Positions 20,275-30,561 of a stretch of 64,000 bases of DNA are shown here, piece after piece. Numbering within the stretch: the stretch's first letter is position 1; each line of letters begins with the position of its first letter. The translations under genes were made by a program, and so were the position numbers. This DNA is from Thermodesulfobacteriota bacterium (lineage in GTDB: Bacteria > Desulfobacterota_D > UBA1144 > Nemesobacterales > UBA2774), in assembly GCA_965223335.1 (NCBI GenBank), contig OZ244991.1, positions 2,208,001 to 2,272,000 on the forward strand. Direction: 5' to 3'. The notes under the pieces were generated by a model. That model was not told where the DNA came from, searched no databases, and worked only from the letters and a program-made list of their open reading frames with translations.

Positions 20275-20527
20275 AAAAGAACAGAGGCAGCAGCGAGCAG
20301 GGTTTGCGGCTGGATGAGTCACAGTTAATGCTCCCGCATATTAAGCACTAACCGTGTGAGCGTTCGCAATCGTGAGAATTAGCTTCCAGTTTCCTTCATC
20401 ATTCGTAGACAACTTTGTGCTGCTGCCTCTGTTTAGTTCCGTCTTACCGGCTACCACACGCTAATACCAAATCGCATCATTATAAACAGATTCAACCTAA
20501 ACACTGGTTAACCATTATATTTAAGTT
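20275..20527 (-). ncRNA. Candidate stand-alone structured sRNA
   Basis: Near-consensus promoter upstream; 15-bp perfect closing stem 20280-20294/20419-20433; 13-bp inner stem with G.U pairs on the minus strand; U-tract end; no ORF. Confidence 0.55.
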
Positions 20528-20533
20528 ATTTGA

Positions 20534-20562
20534 AGTATAAGGCTGGTTTGTATATTTGTCAA
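20534..20562 (-). promoter_or_regulatory. Sigma70-type promoter TTGACA-17-TATACT
   Basis: Read directly; one mismatch from consensus. Confidence 0.7.
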
Positions 20563-20849
20563 TGATTACGGGAACTTATATCCGCTATCTATTAGCTCAA
20601 ATTCGCTAAGACGGGTTATCAATGTTTATAGATGTTTATCTATATTACTGTCAAAAGGCCTGAAAAATGTGAAAAAAAATATTTTTTTGTGATAACTCCA
20701 AATGAGATAGGTTTGCCAGTTAACTTGCAACAACCATTACATCAAATATAAAGCGTGCTAGTTAAGATGGTTTTTGTGTGGTTAGGGGGGATAGAGGCCC
20801 AAGTAGGAGTCGTGCTGCAGCTCATGGAAAGACAAGTCGTTATACGTTA

Positions 20850-21258
20850 GTTGGTTAGCTTCACGGGATTCTGTATTGGTGGACCGAATCTCATTACCTA
20901 TATACATTGCTACTTTCGCTTGATCAAAAGGGGGTCTGGAGACCCCGTTCATAATGTGGTACCGGGGGTTTGTTTGAGCTAGGGATACTATATTAGTTAA
21001 CTGTCGCTCATTACCTATTAATCTCATACTTTTCCTGGATGAAAAGTATGCAAAAATCACCGACACGGCTCGCGCCGTGGCATATCAAAAAATTGACGTA
21101 CATGTTATGAGAGCACATTCAATGTGCCCACACCCCGAATTACATTCTTAACGCCTCTCAAGATTTTTTTCTATACGCCATTGCCGTAATGTCGGGACTG
21201 GGATCGCAGATCCCATTAGGAAAAGGTGAAATGCTTAAGAAAAGGCAAAGGACAAAAA
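20850..21258 (+). repeat. Mosaic structured intergenic repeat, locus R4 (truncated head, then a copy with its 5' rod arm replaced)
   Basis: Pseudoknot 21025-21059; 3' rod arm nearly identical to R2/R5/R6; left boundary approximate. Confidence 0.9.
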
Positions 21259-21271
21259 CTCTTTCCGAGTG

Positions 21272-22567
21272 CTAGTCCTCGTCGTCGCGTTTACCTTGGA
21301 GCAGTCTATAGAGGCGGCTTTTGCCGTTTTTCATCGTAAGCTGCTGCCAGCGCTCGAACAGATAGTACTTGGACTCTTCTATAAGGCGGGTCCTGTCTTC
21401 GAGGTATAGCTCTGTCTCCTGGTCGCTCATGGTCGATACCTTGTTTACAAACGCCAATGTGCACGAGTGATAGATCGGGATAAAGGACTCGAGTAAATCT
21501 TCGTTACTGACTTCTGGGTTGAATATGGATGCAAGCGCAAAGTCAAAGAGTATCCTTATCCACTCTTCGCCCTCGTACGAGAACACCTCGGGGTCTACTT
21601 CGCGGAGCTTGTGGAGCTGCTGCCAGTTGGTGGGCATTAGTATCTCTTCCCAGATGTCCGAGTACTTCTCAAACCCATTCAGGAAAGATTTATGAAGTGC
21701 TTCTTTGTTGACCGTGACCTCTTCGCTGACACCGGTTTGGCCAAGGCCGAATCCATAAATCACTGTCGGTCGCGATTCCTCTACATTGCGCCACACGTAC
21801 TCGAAAGTCCTCATCATGTTGAATATGGTGCCTACGACCTCGGAGAACATAGGGCCTAGATCGGCTGCGGGGTCTTTGGGCCTGTGGGTCTTGGACGAGC
21901 CCAAAAACGCCTGGCACACGCGGAAGTTGCGGCAGATGGCCACAGTGGTCATCCATATGTCTATGCCAAAGTTGTATACGTTTTCGTCCCAGCTGGGCTC
22001 GAGCAGATAGCAGTTGATCAGTCGGCCAGATATTGCAAAGTCGCCTGCTATGGGCTGGCGCACGCGTAGTCCGTAAAGTGTGCGGAGCATGGGGTATGCG
22101 ATGTTGTTTGTAATAGTGCCGTCGTATTTATGGCGCATGTATATAGGTACGACAAAATCATAGCCGTCTTTAAGCGGCTCCATAAAGTACTTTATCCATG
22201 TGGGGGTAAGGCTCTTTAGGTCGGCGTCGAGCAGTATGACGGCCTTTGCATCCAGTCCCGAAGCAATCTGAAACAGGTTGCGTATGTTGCGGCCCTTGCC
22301 TTTCACACCCTCGGCTGTCGAGGCATAGATCTTGGGTACCTTTGTGGGGGTGTTAAGAAAGACCTCTTTGGTGCCGTCGGGCGAGCAGTTGTCTACGTTT
22401 ACTATGACCGAAGAGCTATCGGGGAAGTAATCCACCAGGCCCTTGTTGGCCTGCTCTACCGGGTAGAATATGGAATCGGCTTCGTTGTAGGACGGTATGC
22501 CGACAACAATATCGGCGGACCTTACTTTCTTTGGATTTTCTAAATCGGCTATCATCATTTGATCCAT
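21272..22567 (-). CDS. GT-A glycosyltransferase, glucosylglycerate synthase-like
   Basis: DIVVGIPSYNEA, DAD, RHKYDGTITN, RQPIAGDF and FGIDIWMTT motifs. Confidence 0.8.
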   Translation of the reverse strand: MDQMMIADLENPKKVRSADIVVGIPSYNEADSIFYPVEQANKGLVDYFPDSSSVIVNVDNCSPDGTKEVFLNTPTKVPKIYASTAEGVKGKGRNIRNLFQIASGLDAKAVILLDADLKSLTPTWIKYFMEPLKDGYDFVVPIYMRHKYDGTITNNIAYPMLRTLYGLRVRQPIAGDFAISGRLINCYLLEPSWDENVYNFGIDIWMTTVAICRNFRVCQAFLGSSKTHRPKDPAADLGPMFSEVVGTIFNMMRTFEYVWRNVEESRPTVIYGFGLGQTGVSEEVTVNKEALHKSFLNGFEKYSDIWEEILMPTNWQQLHKLREVDPEVFSYEGEEWIRILFDFALASIFNPEVSNEDLLESFIPIYHSCTLAFVNKVSTMSDQETELYLEDRTRLIEESKYYLFERWQQLTMKNGKSRLYRLLQGKRDDED

Positions 22568-22670
22568 CTCATTTACCTCTAACCAAAATTATAATGCAAA
22601 TATGTAAAATGACATCCGTGTACGCTAAACATCTTTAAATCCGGTATTTTGACCTGCTACTACATTTATT

Positions 22671-22687
22671 TGCAAAGAGTATGCCGA
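22671..22687 (-). promoter_or_regulatory. Putative sigma54 promoter (TCGGCATACTCTTTGCA)
   Basis: GG-N10-GC -24/-12 spacing about 100 bp upstream of the glycosyltransferase, with a long AT-rich upstream region. Confidence 0.55.
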
Positions 22688-23197
22688 TTATAGCGTATAT
22701 TACAACTGTGTATATTTTCAGTTGCTATAATTTTTATTATTTGCACGCAATGGTTTACAAGCACTATCTTAATTACTTCATTAAACGCAATGCCAAAATA
22801 TAAGGCAGATAGTGTTCATACTCTAACCATTAATGCCAGCAAAAATCCATATTTTGTAAAATCTAATTAACTATGAATCCCGTATCTATCTCCATATCAT
22901 ACCTGTGTATATAAAATAGCGCCAGTGTATCTGGAAAATTGTTCTTAAGTAATACGAGTATACGCCATATAATATAGTTATACTAGCGAGTTAGAATCTA
23001 TACTTAATGTGATCTGTAGGCATGAAAAATAGGCTCTAAGTGCTTGTTTATTCCAGGGCGAATACTGCATAGACCGGGCCTTTACTAAATATCTTTACAA
23101 CACGATTAAAATCGCTATAAATTTCCCGCCAAACTATTTATAATAGTTGTGGTGGAGCACTTGGGGAATATATCATAAAAAAACGTTGGAGGGTTAG

Positions 23198-23977
23198 TTG
23201 ATGAGAGTGAGAGTTTGCAGGCAATTTTTCTTGATGTTCGTATCGGTATTTGCAATAACGGTTTTTGCGTTCGGGGTCCCAGGTGCCATGGCCCAGCAGG
23301 GCAAGTACCGCACCGGAGAGATATCGTACCTAAAGAGGATCATCCCATATTTATACGAGTTTTCCGAGGTGGGCCAGGATGTAAGCCGCAACGCGGTGCC
23401 GCTCCAGAGCGGGGACAGGTCCAAGTGCTCTAATGATTTTGCTGCGTATAGGGGTGTTGTGGAGGCGCTTAGGGCAAAGATAGGTGCCGTTCCCCCGCCC
23501 ACGAGGCTTGTACCCATACATGTGGAGTCGATCGAGGCGCTAACAGAGTACATAACGGCGCTTAACCTCTATAGTGAGTCGTGCACCGAGCCCGACTTCT
23601 CAATGCGCTCGCGCCTTGTGAACGAGGCCAATGAGTATATAAAGACCTCGGACATAAAGATAAAGCGGGTAAACGAGATGATAGACGAGCCCGCTATGAC
23701 AAAGGCCTTTGCCCCCCGGCGAAACGACGTAGAGGACTGGTGCATAATGAAATGGCCTGACGAAAACATGCAGCAGTACTGCATAGAGACCCAGAACGAG
23801 GCACGGGCAGAGCTGGGTGAGTTGATGCGGCAGTACCCAAAAGGCACCAAACAGCGCGCCATAATAAACAGCTGTTACAACACATGGAAAGACGCAGATT
23901 CCTATAACTATAAGATGGTGGCGTTTTGCGCCAAGAGGGACCTGCACGAATACGAGACGAGAAATCCTTATAGATAG
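23198..23977 (+). CDS. Secreted hypothetical protein with paired Cys
   Basis: Signal peptide (AMA), GGAGG RBS, repeated C..KW..Y.M..C pattern in the C-terminal half. Confidence 0.7.
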   Translation: MMRVRVCRQFFLMFVSVFAITVFAFGVPGAMAQQGKYRTGEISYLKRIIPYLYEFSEVGQDVSRNAVPLQSGDRSKCSNDFAAYRGVVEALRAKIGAVPPPTRLVPIHVESIEALTEYITALNLYSESCTEPDFSMRSRLVNEANEYIKTSDIKIKRVNEMIDEPAMTKAFAPRRNDVEDWCIMKWPDENMQQYCIETQNEARAELGELMRQYPKGTKQRAIINSCYNTWKDADSYNYKMVAFCAKRDLHEYETRNPYR

Positions 23978-24008
23978 TCTCTAAACAATTAAGTATTGGG
24001 GAGGGGTT

Positions 24009-24383
24009 ATGCTAGAGCTTATTCCGTTTGACGAGGACAATATAATCGGCTTTCGTTTGGACGGCAGGATCGGGGACGAGGAGTTTAAAGAGCTGGTTCG
24101 TATTATCGAGGATAAGCTCGAGCGACACGACCGTCTGCGCATCTATGCCGAGATTGACGATATAGGCGGGATGTCTATAGACACATTTCTTGAGAGCATG
24201 AGCCTTAAATTCAGGCACTTTAGGGATTTTGAGATGGAGGCTGTGGTCTCGGATAAACAGTGGCTTGAGTCCTGGTCCAAAGTGGTGGATGCCATCATCC
24301 CCAGCTTCGAGGTCAAATACTTTACAAAAGAGAACGCCGAGGAGGCCAAGGACTGGCTCAGGGGGGCGCGGGGGGGGCACTGA
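24009..24383 (+). CDS. SpoIIAA-like (STAS/SEC14) protein
   Basis: IGFRLDGRI, AVVSDKQW, EAKDWL; paralog at 55099. Confidence 0.85.
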   Translation: MLELIPFDEDNIIGFRLDGRIGDEEFKELVRIIEDKLERHDRLRIYAEIDDIGGMSIDTFLESMSLKFRHFRDFEMEAVVSDKQWLESWSKVVDAIIPSFEVKYFTKENAEEAKDWLRGARGGH

Positions 24384-24393
24384 CCCATTTTTA

Positions 24394-24691
24394 GGGGCGT
24401 GGACGCCCCATTCATAAGGTAGTGCCGGGAGTTTGTTTGTGCTTGGGATTACATATAGGTAGGCCGATACTTTTATTGTTTCCTCTTCATACTTTTTAGT
24501 GACAAAAAGTATGCAAAAGTCACCGACTGTACGGAAATGGCTAAAAATAATCTTTCGATGCTAAATAGATTTATCCCGCCCACAGCCCCGAAATCCATTT
24601 TTAACGCCTCTCAAGATTATTTTCTATACGCCATTGCCGTAATGTCGGAATTGGTGTCTACGACACCATAGGGTAATGGCGAAAGACTAAA
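24394..24691 (+). repeat. Mosaic structured intergenic repeat, locus R5 (single 'unit' copy)
   Basis: GGGGCGTGGACGCCCC hairpin, linker, pseudoknot, rod 24523-24648, TGGTGTCTACGACACCA hairpin. Confidence 0.93.
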
Positions 24692-24896
24692 TGATGTGGT
24701 TAAACCTCGATTCTCGTGTAAACCGTCCCCGCTCACCGCAAATTAATAAACAAACTACATAACCTTGTATTTTGTTAATTTTTAATTAGAATAACGCCAA
24801 CTAGTTAGCATTATTCTAATTATCTTTCTCATTTTCTATTAGTTCACGCTCTGTTTCAAGCCGAAGCTATCTAAATACAATTGATATGTATAAGAT

Positions 24897-27800
24897 ATGA
24901 ATTGTCCTGTTTGTCATAACAATAATCCTCCCGGAAATGTGTATTGCGGTATGTGCGGGAACCAGATTTCCGGTGTTAAGGAAGGTTTGCAAACCATTGT
25001 GAGCCCGCTTTTGGAGCACCGTCAGGTCTCGATATTGTTTAGCGACCTTTCGGGATACACCTCGCTCACTGAGGCAATCGATCCCGAGGTACTTCATGTA
25101 CTGGTTTACGAATATGAAGAGGCTGTTGAGCGTATAGTAAAGCTCTATAACGGCCACATAGCCAAGTACTTGGGTGACGGCATTCTTGTGTACTATGGAT
25201 ATCCCAAGGCGCACGAGGACGATGCCGAGAGGTGTGTGCGGTCGGGGATAGAGATTGTTGAAGCGGTAAACAGGATCAAGGAGCGGTTTGGTATTAGAAT
25301 TGGCAGTCTAAAGGAGTTGACGCTCAAGGCACATGTGGGTATTCATACAGGACAGCTTCTGGTGGGTGAGATTGACAGGTCGGACAGGCGTGAGCAGATA
25401 GCGATCGGCGAGACGATAAACATTGCATATAGGGTATGTGCGAGTGCCGGGCCAGACGAGGTTTTAATAACCGACGAGACTCATGGTGTAGTCGGGGGGG
25501 TGTTTAGCTGTACACACCTTGGTGAGCGCTCTCTAAAAGGTATTACAAACCCTGTGACACTTTTTAGGATTCTGGGGGCCGATGAACAGTTGAGCCGATA
25601 CGGCGCCAGATCGCGTGTGTGGTCCACTCCGTTTACAAATCGATCACATGAGACCGAAACAATCCGTGAAGTTCTAAACGGTAATAGAATTAAAGCCCTG
25701 TTTTTAAAGGGAGAGGCAGGCATAGGCAAGTCGCGTCTAGTGGTCGAGGCACTATCAGATGCCGGGGGTTATCGGACCTTGCAGTGTATCCCATATTATA
25801 GGAGCTATGCATATTTCCCGGTACTTGAATTTATTCGCACCGAACTCGAATTAAGCTCCGATACCCCTGTACAAGATAATATCGAGAGGCTAAGTGCAGG
25901 TATGGAGTCACTGGGTATGGATGTAGACGGCGATCTGCCGCTATTGGCGTTTTTACTGAATTTATCTACCCCCGAGGTCTACCCGCCTTTGGACCTGAGC
26001 CCCGTGAAATTCAAGGAGAGGGCGATAGAAATTTTAAGCTCGTTTCTGTTCGGGGCAGCAAAAAGAGACAATTCCATACATGTGTTTGAAGACCTCCACT
26101 GGTCCGACCCCTCAACGATAGAGCTAATAGGGCACATTTTGGATATAAATTCTTGGCACCGGTGCATTGTGGGGACCTACAGGCCCGAGTTCGAAAACCC
26201 ATGGCTGGACAAGGTTCATACAAAGGAGCTTGTGCTTGAGAGGTTGTCCGACACCGATGCCAAATCTATGGCCGAGGGCGTGGCCGGGGATAAAGATGTT
26301 GCAGGGTGTGCGTTATCGGAGCTTTTGCATAGGGCGCACGGTGTGCCGCTTTTTATAGAGGAGCTTACCAAATATGCTCTGGAAGCGGGGCAGAGCGGTG
26401 AAAATAAGAGGGCAGTCAAAGACCCGGGTGACCTGCCAATAACACTTAATGATTTCCTTATGGCGCGCGTGGACAGTGTCGCGGAATGGAAAGAGGTCGT
26501 GCATGTGGGTTCGGTGGTGGGAAGGACATTTCGCAAAGAGCACATCGCCGAGGTGCTGGGGGCTAGTAATGAAGCGCTTGACCAAGAACTGAACAGGTTA
26601 AGAGACGGGGATATTATATATGAACATTCATCAGACGAGGGGGCCGAGTATGAGTTTAAACACGCTCTTATACACGAGGCTGTCTACGGCTCTATCCTAA
26701 ACCGGTTAAAGGTTAAGTACCACCGCGAGTTTGCCGATATGATGGCTGAGGAGGCGTCGTCGGACCCGGTGTTATTGGCGCATCACTATTCGGAAGCCAA
26801 TGAGTATAAAAAGGCCGTGGAGTACAGGCTCGAGGCCGGAAGGACAGCGGCACAAAGGAGCGCGCTTAGAGAGGCAGTGGAGCACTTTGAGCAGGGGCTT
26901 GAGCTTATAGATGCGCTGGCGGAGAGTGAGGAGAGGGACGGAGTGGAGTTGGATTTGTTACTGGGGTTTGTGGAACCGGTTATATACACCGAGGGCTGGA
27001 GTTCGGAGAGGCTAGAGGGTGTATACACCCGTGCCCGGGAGCTTTGCATTAAATTAAAAAACCCTGAAAAAGAGATAACCGTGCTAAGCGGTTACTGGTC
27101 GTACCTGCAAATCAGGGCCGAGCAGAACGAGGCAGCCCGGATAGCCGAGAGGATGCTTAAAGCAGCGAAGAGGCTTGGCACTGATGTCCAATTATTCGAG
27201 GCACGCACAGCTTGTTTGGTAAATGATTATTATAGAGGCGAACACCTCGCATCAAAGCGGCAATTCTACGACGCTAAAGAGGTTTTTAATAATTTAATCA
27301 AAACCGGTTATACAAACTTAAACATGATTGCACTCTATCTTACTACGGGTGGAGTAGCAAACATGTTTGCGTTGGGGGAATTGAAAGAGTTGGCAAAGTA
27401 TAGAAATATATTTCTGGACATAGCTAAGAGGTTGGAAAACAAATTTATGATCGGATTTGCTCAACTCTCTTTTTCTGCTTCTAACGTGGCCCTGCGTTAT
27501 AAAGCCGAATCCTTAGCGTATCTCGAAAACGTCCTTAGGCTGTCTTACGAAGAGGGTTACCCCCACTTTATCTCTAATGCATTAATCCTAAGGGGCTGGG
27601 TGACCAGAGACGATGACCCCGATAAGGCATTACAAGACATAGAAACCGGGCTCGAGCAGTATAAAATGTCGGGTTCTGTATTGGATATGCCCAGGTATCT
27701 CGGCATGTATTCGGATGTGCTGGCGGCCAACAACAAGCTCGACGAAGCGCTTGATACAATTAATACGGCACTAAATCTAGTAGATGCCAACAATGATCGT

Positions 27801-28106
27801 TGCATGGAGACTGATATCATTAGACAAAAAGCCGAATTATTGTACAAAATAGACCCTAACAACCTGGAAGAATCAATCCGACTTCTAAAGCTGTCTGTTG
27901 AAACGGGTGAAAAGAAGTCTCAGCAAATACTTAAGCTGAGAGCCCTAGCTACACTCTGCCAAATGTGTGTAGAGAATAAATTAGCAGTAGAGGACTATAA
28001 GATTAAGCTTAGAGAGACATACAATTTGTTAAAAACAGATACAGATTTTCCCGACCTCATTCGCGCCCGTAAAATATTGAAAGCGTTTGGCGAGAAAATA
28101 GACTAG
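24897..28106 (+). CDS. Zinc ribbon + class III nucleotidyl cyclase + AAA (STAND-like) ATPase + TPR protein
   Basis: CPVC..CGMC; ILFSDLSGYT, KYLGDG, N.AYR; Walker A GEAGIGKS; FEDLHWSD; G.PLFIEE; helical repeats. Confidence 0.9.
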   Translation: MNCPVCHNNNPPGNVYCGMCGNQISGVKEGLQTIVSPLLEHRQVSILFSDLSGYTSLTEAIDPEVLHVLVYEYEEAVERIVKLYNGHIAKYLGDGILVYYGYPKAHEDDAERCVRSGIEIVEAVNRIKERFGIRIGSLKELTLKAHVGIHTGQLLVGEIDRSDRREQIAIGETINIAYRVCASAGPDEVLITDETHGVVGGVFSCTHLGERSLKGITNPVTLFRILGADEQLSRYGARSRVWSTPFTNRSHETETIREVLNGNRIKALFLKGEAGIGKSRLVVEALSDAGGYRTLQCIPYYRSYAYFPVLEFIRTELELSSDTPVQDNIERLSAGMESLGMDVDGDLPLLAFLLNLSTPEVYPPLDLSPVKFKERAIEILSSFLFGAAKRDNSIHVFEDLHWSDPSTIELIGHILDINSWHRCIVGTYRPEFENPWLDKVHTKELVLERLSDTDAKSMAEGVAGDKDVAGCALSELLHRAHGVPLFIEELTKYALEAGQSGENKRAVKDPGDLPITLNDFLMARVDSVAEWKEVVHVGSVVGRTFRKEHIAEVLGASNEALDQELNRLRDGDIIYEHSSDEGAEYEFKHALIHEAVYGSILNRLKVKYHREFADMMAEEASSDPVLLAHHYSEANEYKKAVEYRLEAGRTAAQRSALREAVEHFEQGLELIDALAESEERDGVELDLLLGFVEPVIYTEGWSSERLEGVYTRARELCIKLKNPEKEITVLSGYWSYLQIRAEQNEAARIAERMLKAAKRLGTDVQLFEARTACLVNDYYRGEHLASKRQFYDAKEVFNNLIKTGYTNLNMIALYLTTGGVANMFALGELKELAKYRNIFLDIAKRLENKFMIGFAQLSFSASNVALRYKAESLAYLENVLRLSYEEGYPHFISNALILRGWVTRDDDPDKALQDIETGLEQYKMSGSVLDMPRYLGMYSDVLAANNKLDEALDTINTALNLVDANNDRCMETDIIRQKAELLYKIDPNNLEESIRLLKLSVETGEKKSQQILKLRALATLCQMCVENKLAVEDYKIKLRETYNLLKTDTDFPDLIRARKILKAFGEKID

Positions 28107-28319
28107 GTATAAAGGTAAATCTGATATATATACTTTCATTGCAGTGGGATATGCTGTATAGATCATGTATTACATTATATATTTGTAAATACTCTTCACT
28201 TACAATGAACCTTAATTCTTACAATCGTTCGTTGTTGAAGTAAAATTATTATTGAAACACCAAATTATTGTCGCTCTAACCTGCTGATATCACTAACCTA
28301 TTAATTGTAGTGACATATA

Positions 28320-28348
28320 TTGACATAGATGACGATTAGCGGTATACT
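28320..28348 (+). promoter_or_regulatory. Sigma70-type promoter TTGACA-17-TATACT
   Basis: Read directly, ~90 bp upstream of the glycosyltransferase; overlapped by TGAC(A) direct repeats. Confidence 0.65.
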
Positions 28349-28437
28349 ATTACGTAATACGACCATGATTACAATGTTTGTAGTATATATAGCTTATAAA
28401 TACTATAAAAATAGACAGTTGACGAGAGAGAATTATT

Positions 28438-29724
28438 TTGAAAAAAAGAATACTGGTAATGCCGGATGGAAACTGGCTGGCACATACAAGTAGACCGCTA
28501 GAGATAGCCAAGGTGCTTAGGGAAAAAGGGTATGAAGTGGTGTTTGCCGGCGAAGGCAGGTTCATGAGACTGCCCGAAGAGGCGGGCTTTCCCGTGTACC
28601 CGGTAAAGACCATTGACCCTGAATACGTGATGCATTTGGCACGCAAGGGTCGTGTGAACTGGTATTACTACGAATTGATAGACGAGCTTATAAACGAGGA
28701 GCTAAAGCTGTTTGAGGATATAAAGCCCGATCTGGTGCTATCAGACTTTAGGCTAACGCTGAGCACATCGTGTGAGCTGGCCGAAATACCCCTCGCAGTC
28801 ACGCTAAACGCCTCGTGGACCAACTATTACGCACTTATAGACAAGGCCCCAGAGCACCTGGGTATAACGAAAATACTGGGCAAAAAGCTCACAAACCTGC
28901 TAATGCCGTGGGCCAAGGACATTATGGTAAGCCATGACAGCAAGGCGTTTAAAAAGTATAGAGAGCAAAAGGGACTTAAACCCAACACAAACATTTGGGA
29001 CGTATGGGCCGGGGACCTTAACCTGATTACAGACATCCCCGAGTACGGCCCCACACGCGATTTACCCGCTAACTACCACTATATAGGACCGATCACATGG
29101 GAGGCCGACATCGAGCCGCCCAAGTGGCTCCGGGATATCGATCCCGCTACCCCTACCCTATACATCACAATGGGCAGCACAGGGTATGCGAAGTTCTTCG
29201 AGGTGGTAAAGGAGATCTTTGGCGACAGGGACTGCCAATGCATTGTTACCACAGGCGGGCTTACCGACACCGGGGAGTTCCCCGACAATTTTTTTGTAAC
29301 CAATTATGCCCCGGGCGACCTGTTGCTTGAGAAAAGCGACCTTGTTATATGCCACGGGGGCAACGGCACCATCTACCAGGCGCTCTACGAGGGAGTGCCG
29401 GTGATAGGGATTCCCACGATGCACGACCAGGAGTTTAACCTCCAGAGGGTCGAGGACTTGGGTGTGGGTATACAGCTTAGCGAGCTTAATTTTAAGCCCC
29501 AGCACTTAAAAGAGGCTGTAGAGAAGGTGCTTTTGGACCCGAGCTTTAAGATGAACGCAATGAAATATAAAGATATACTGAAAGATTACGACGGCCCGAG
29601 TCGAGGGGCCGAGTTGATAGATAAATATCTGTTCGAGATAGAGTTTAAGCGTCTTGCAAAGAAATTTAAGGACAGAGTAGAGGACCGTGTCTACGCTTAT
29701 GAGACAACGTTAGGCTGTGCCTGA
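28438..29724 (+). CDS. GT1-family (UDP/NDP-sugar, MGT-like) glycosyltransferase
   Basis: LAHTSR, YITMGSTG, ICHGGNGTIYQAL..GVPVIGIP..DQ. Confidence 0.9.
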   Translation: MKKRILVMPDGNWLAHTSRPLEIAKVLREKGYEVVFAGEGRFMRLPEEAGFPVYPVKTIDPEYVMHLARKGRVNWYYYELIDELINEELKLFEDIKPDLVLSDFRLTLSTSCELAEIPLAVTLNASWTNYYALIDKAPEHLGITKILGKKLTNLLMPWAKDIMVSHDSKAFKKYREQKGLKPNTNIWDVWAGDLNLITDIPEYGPTRDLPANYHYIGPITWEADIEPPKWLRDIDPATPTLYITMGSTGYAKFFEVVKEIFGDRDCQCIVTTGGLTDTGEFPDNFFVTNYAPGDLLLEKSDLVICHGGNGTIYQALYEGVPVIGIPTMHDQEFNLQRVEDLGVGIQLSELNFKPQHLKEAVEKVLLDPSFKMNAMKYKDILKDYDGPSRGAELIDKYLFEIEFKRLAKKFKDRVEDRVYAYETTLGCA

Positions 29725-29726
29725 TA

Positions 29727-30524
29727 TTGAGATTACCTACTCCCATTTCCCCACGGCGTCTGATATGTGTGGTTGGCGAAGAAACCTGTATAATAGTCCC
29801 TGTGAAAACTCCACTTAGTGCTAAATCCAGTATTGGGGAGATTAAAGAGAGATTTGAAGAGGATGTAGACCGGTTCTCTTCTTTAGAGACCGGCCAAGAG
29901 GCAATACCCGGAGCAAGGGTAATGCTAGAGCTCCTCTCCACTGCGGCTCATTCGCTTTGCCCCGCTGCCACGCACCTGCTGGATATAGGTGCTGGGGCTG
30001 GGAATAACGCCATAAAAATTGCAAGAAAGCTCCCGGGGCTCCACCTGGACCTGGTGGACCTGAGCCCCAGGATGCTAGAGCGGGCCAAGACACGTTTGGG
30101 TGACGAGGACACAGGTGAGGTGAGGCTATATGAGGGAGATTTTAGGGATATTTCACTAGAACAGGGGCGTTACGACATAATCGTAGCCGCCGCGGTCTTT
30201 CACCACCTTAGGGACGACCGCGACTGGGAAAACACCATGGCCAAGGTCTACGGGCACCTAAAAGAGGGGGGAGCGTTTTTGGTGAGCGATATGATAGGCC
30301 ACGAGATACCCCAAGTGCACGACATGATGTGGGAGGCCTACGGCGATTACCTGGTTGAGCTTAGGGACGAGGAGTACCGCGACGAGGTATTCCTTTATAT
30401 AGATAAAGAGGACTCGCCCCGCCCGCTCGGATATCAGTTCGAGCTATTAAAACGGGTCGGTTTCAGGGGTATGGAGATATTGTATAAAAATTCATGCTTT
30501 GCGGCCTACGCAGCCGTAAAGTGA
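29727..30524 (+). CDS. Class I SAM-dependent methyltransferase (CmoA-like)
   Basis: LLDIGAGAG, DLSPRML, VFHHL; true start probably ~25 codons downstream. Confidence 0.85.
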   Translation: MRLPTPISPRRLICVVGEETCIIVPVKTPLSAKSSIGEIKERFEEDVDRFSSLETGQEAIPGARVMLELLSTAAHSLCPAATHLLDIGAGAGNNAIKIARKLPGLHLDLVDLSPRMLERAKTRLGDEDTGEVRLYEGDFRDISLEQGRYDIIVAAAVFHHLRDDRDWENTMAKVYGHLKEGGAFLVSDMIGHEIPQVHDMMWEAYGDYLVELRDEEYRDEVFLYIDKEDSPRPLGYQFELLKRVGFRGMEILYKNSCFAAYAAVK

Positions 30525-30561
30525 GTATAATTAAGTATAGACCCCCACTTGGGATGAGAGA

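Noticed and set aside
20280..20433. Retron msr-msd (terminal inverted repeats around hairpins)
   Set aside because: No reverse transcriptase anywhere in the window
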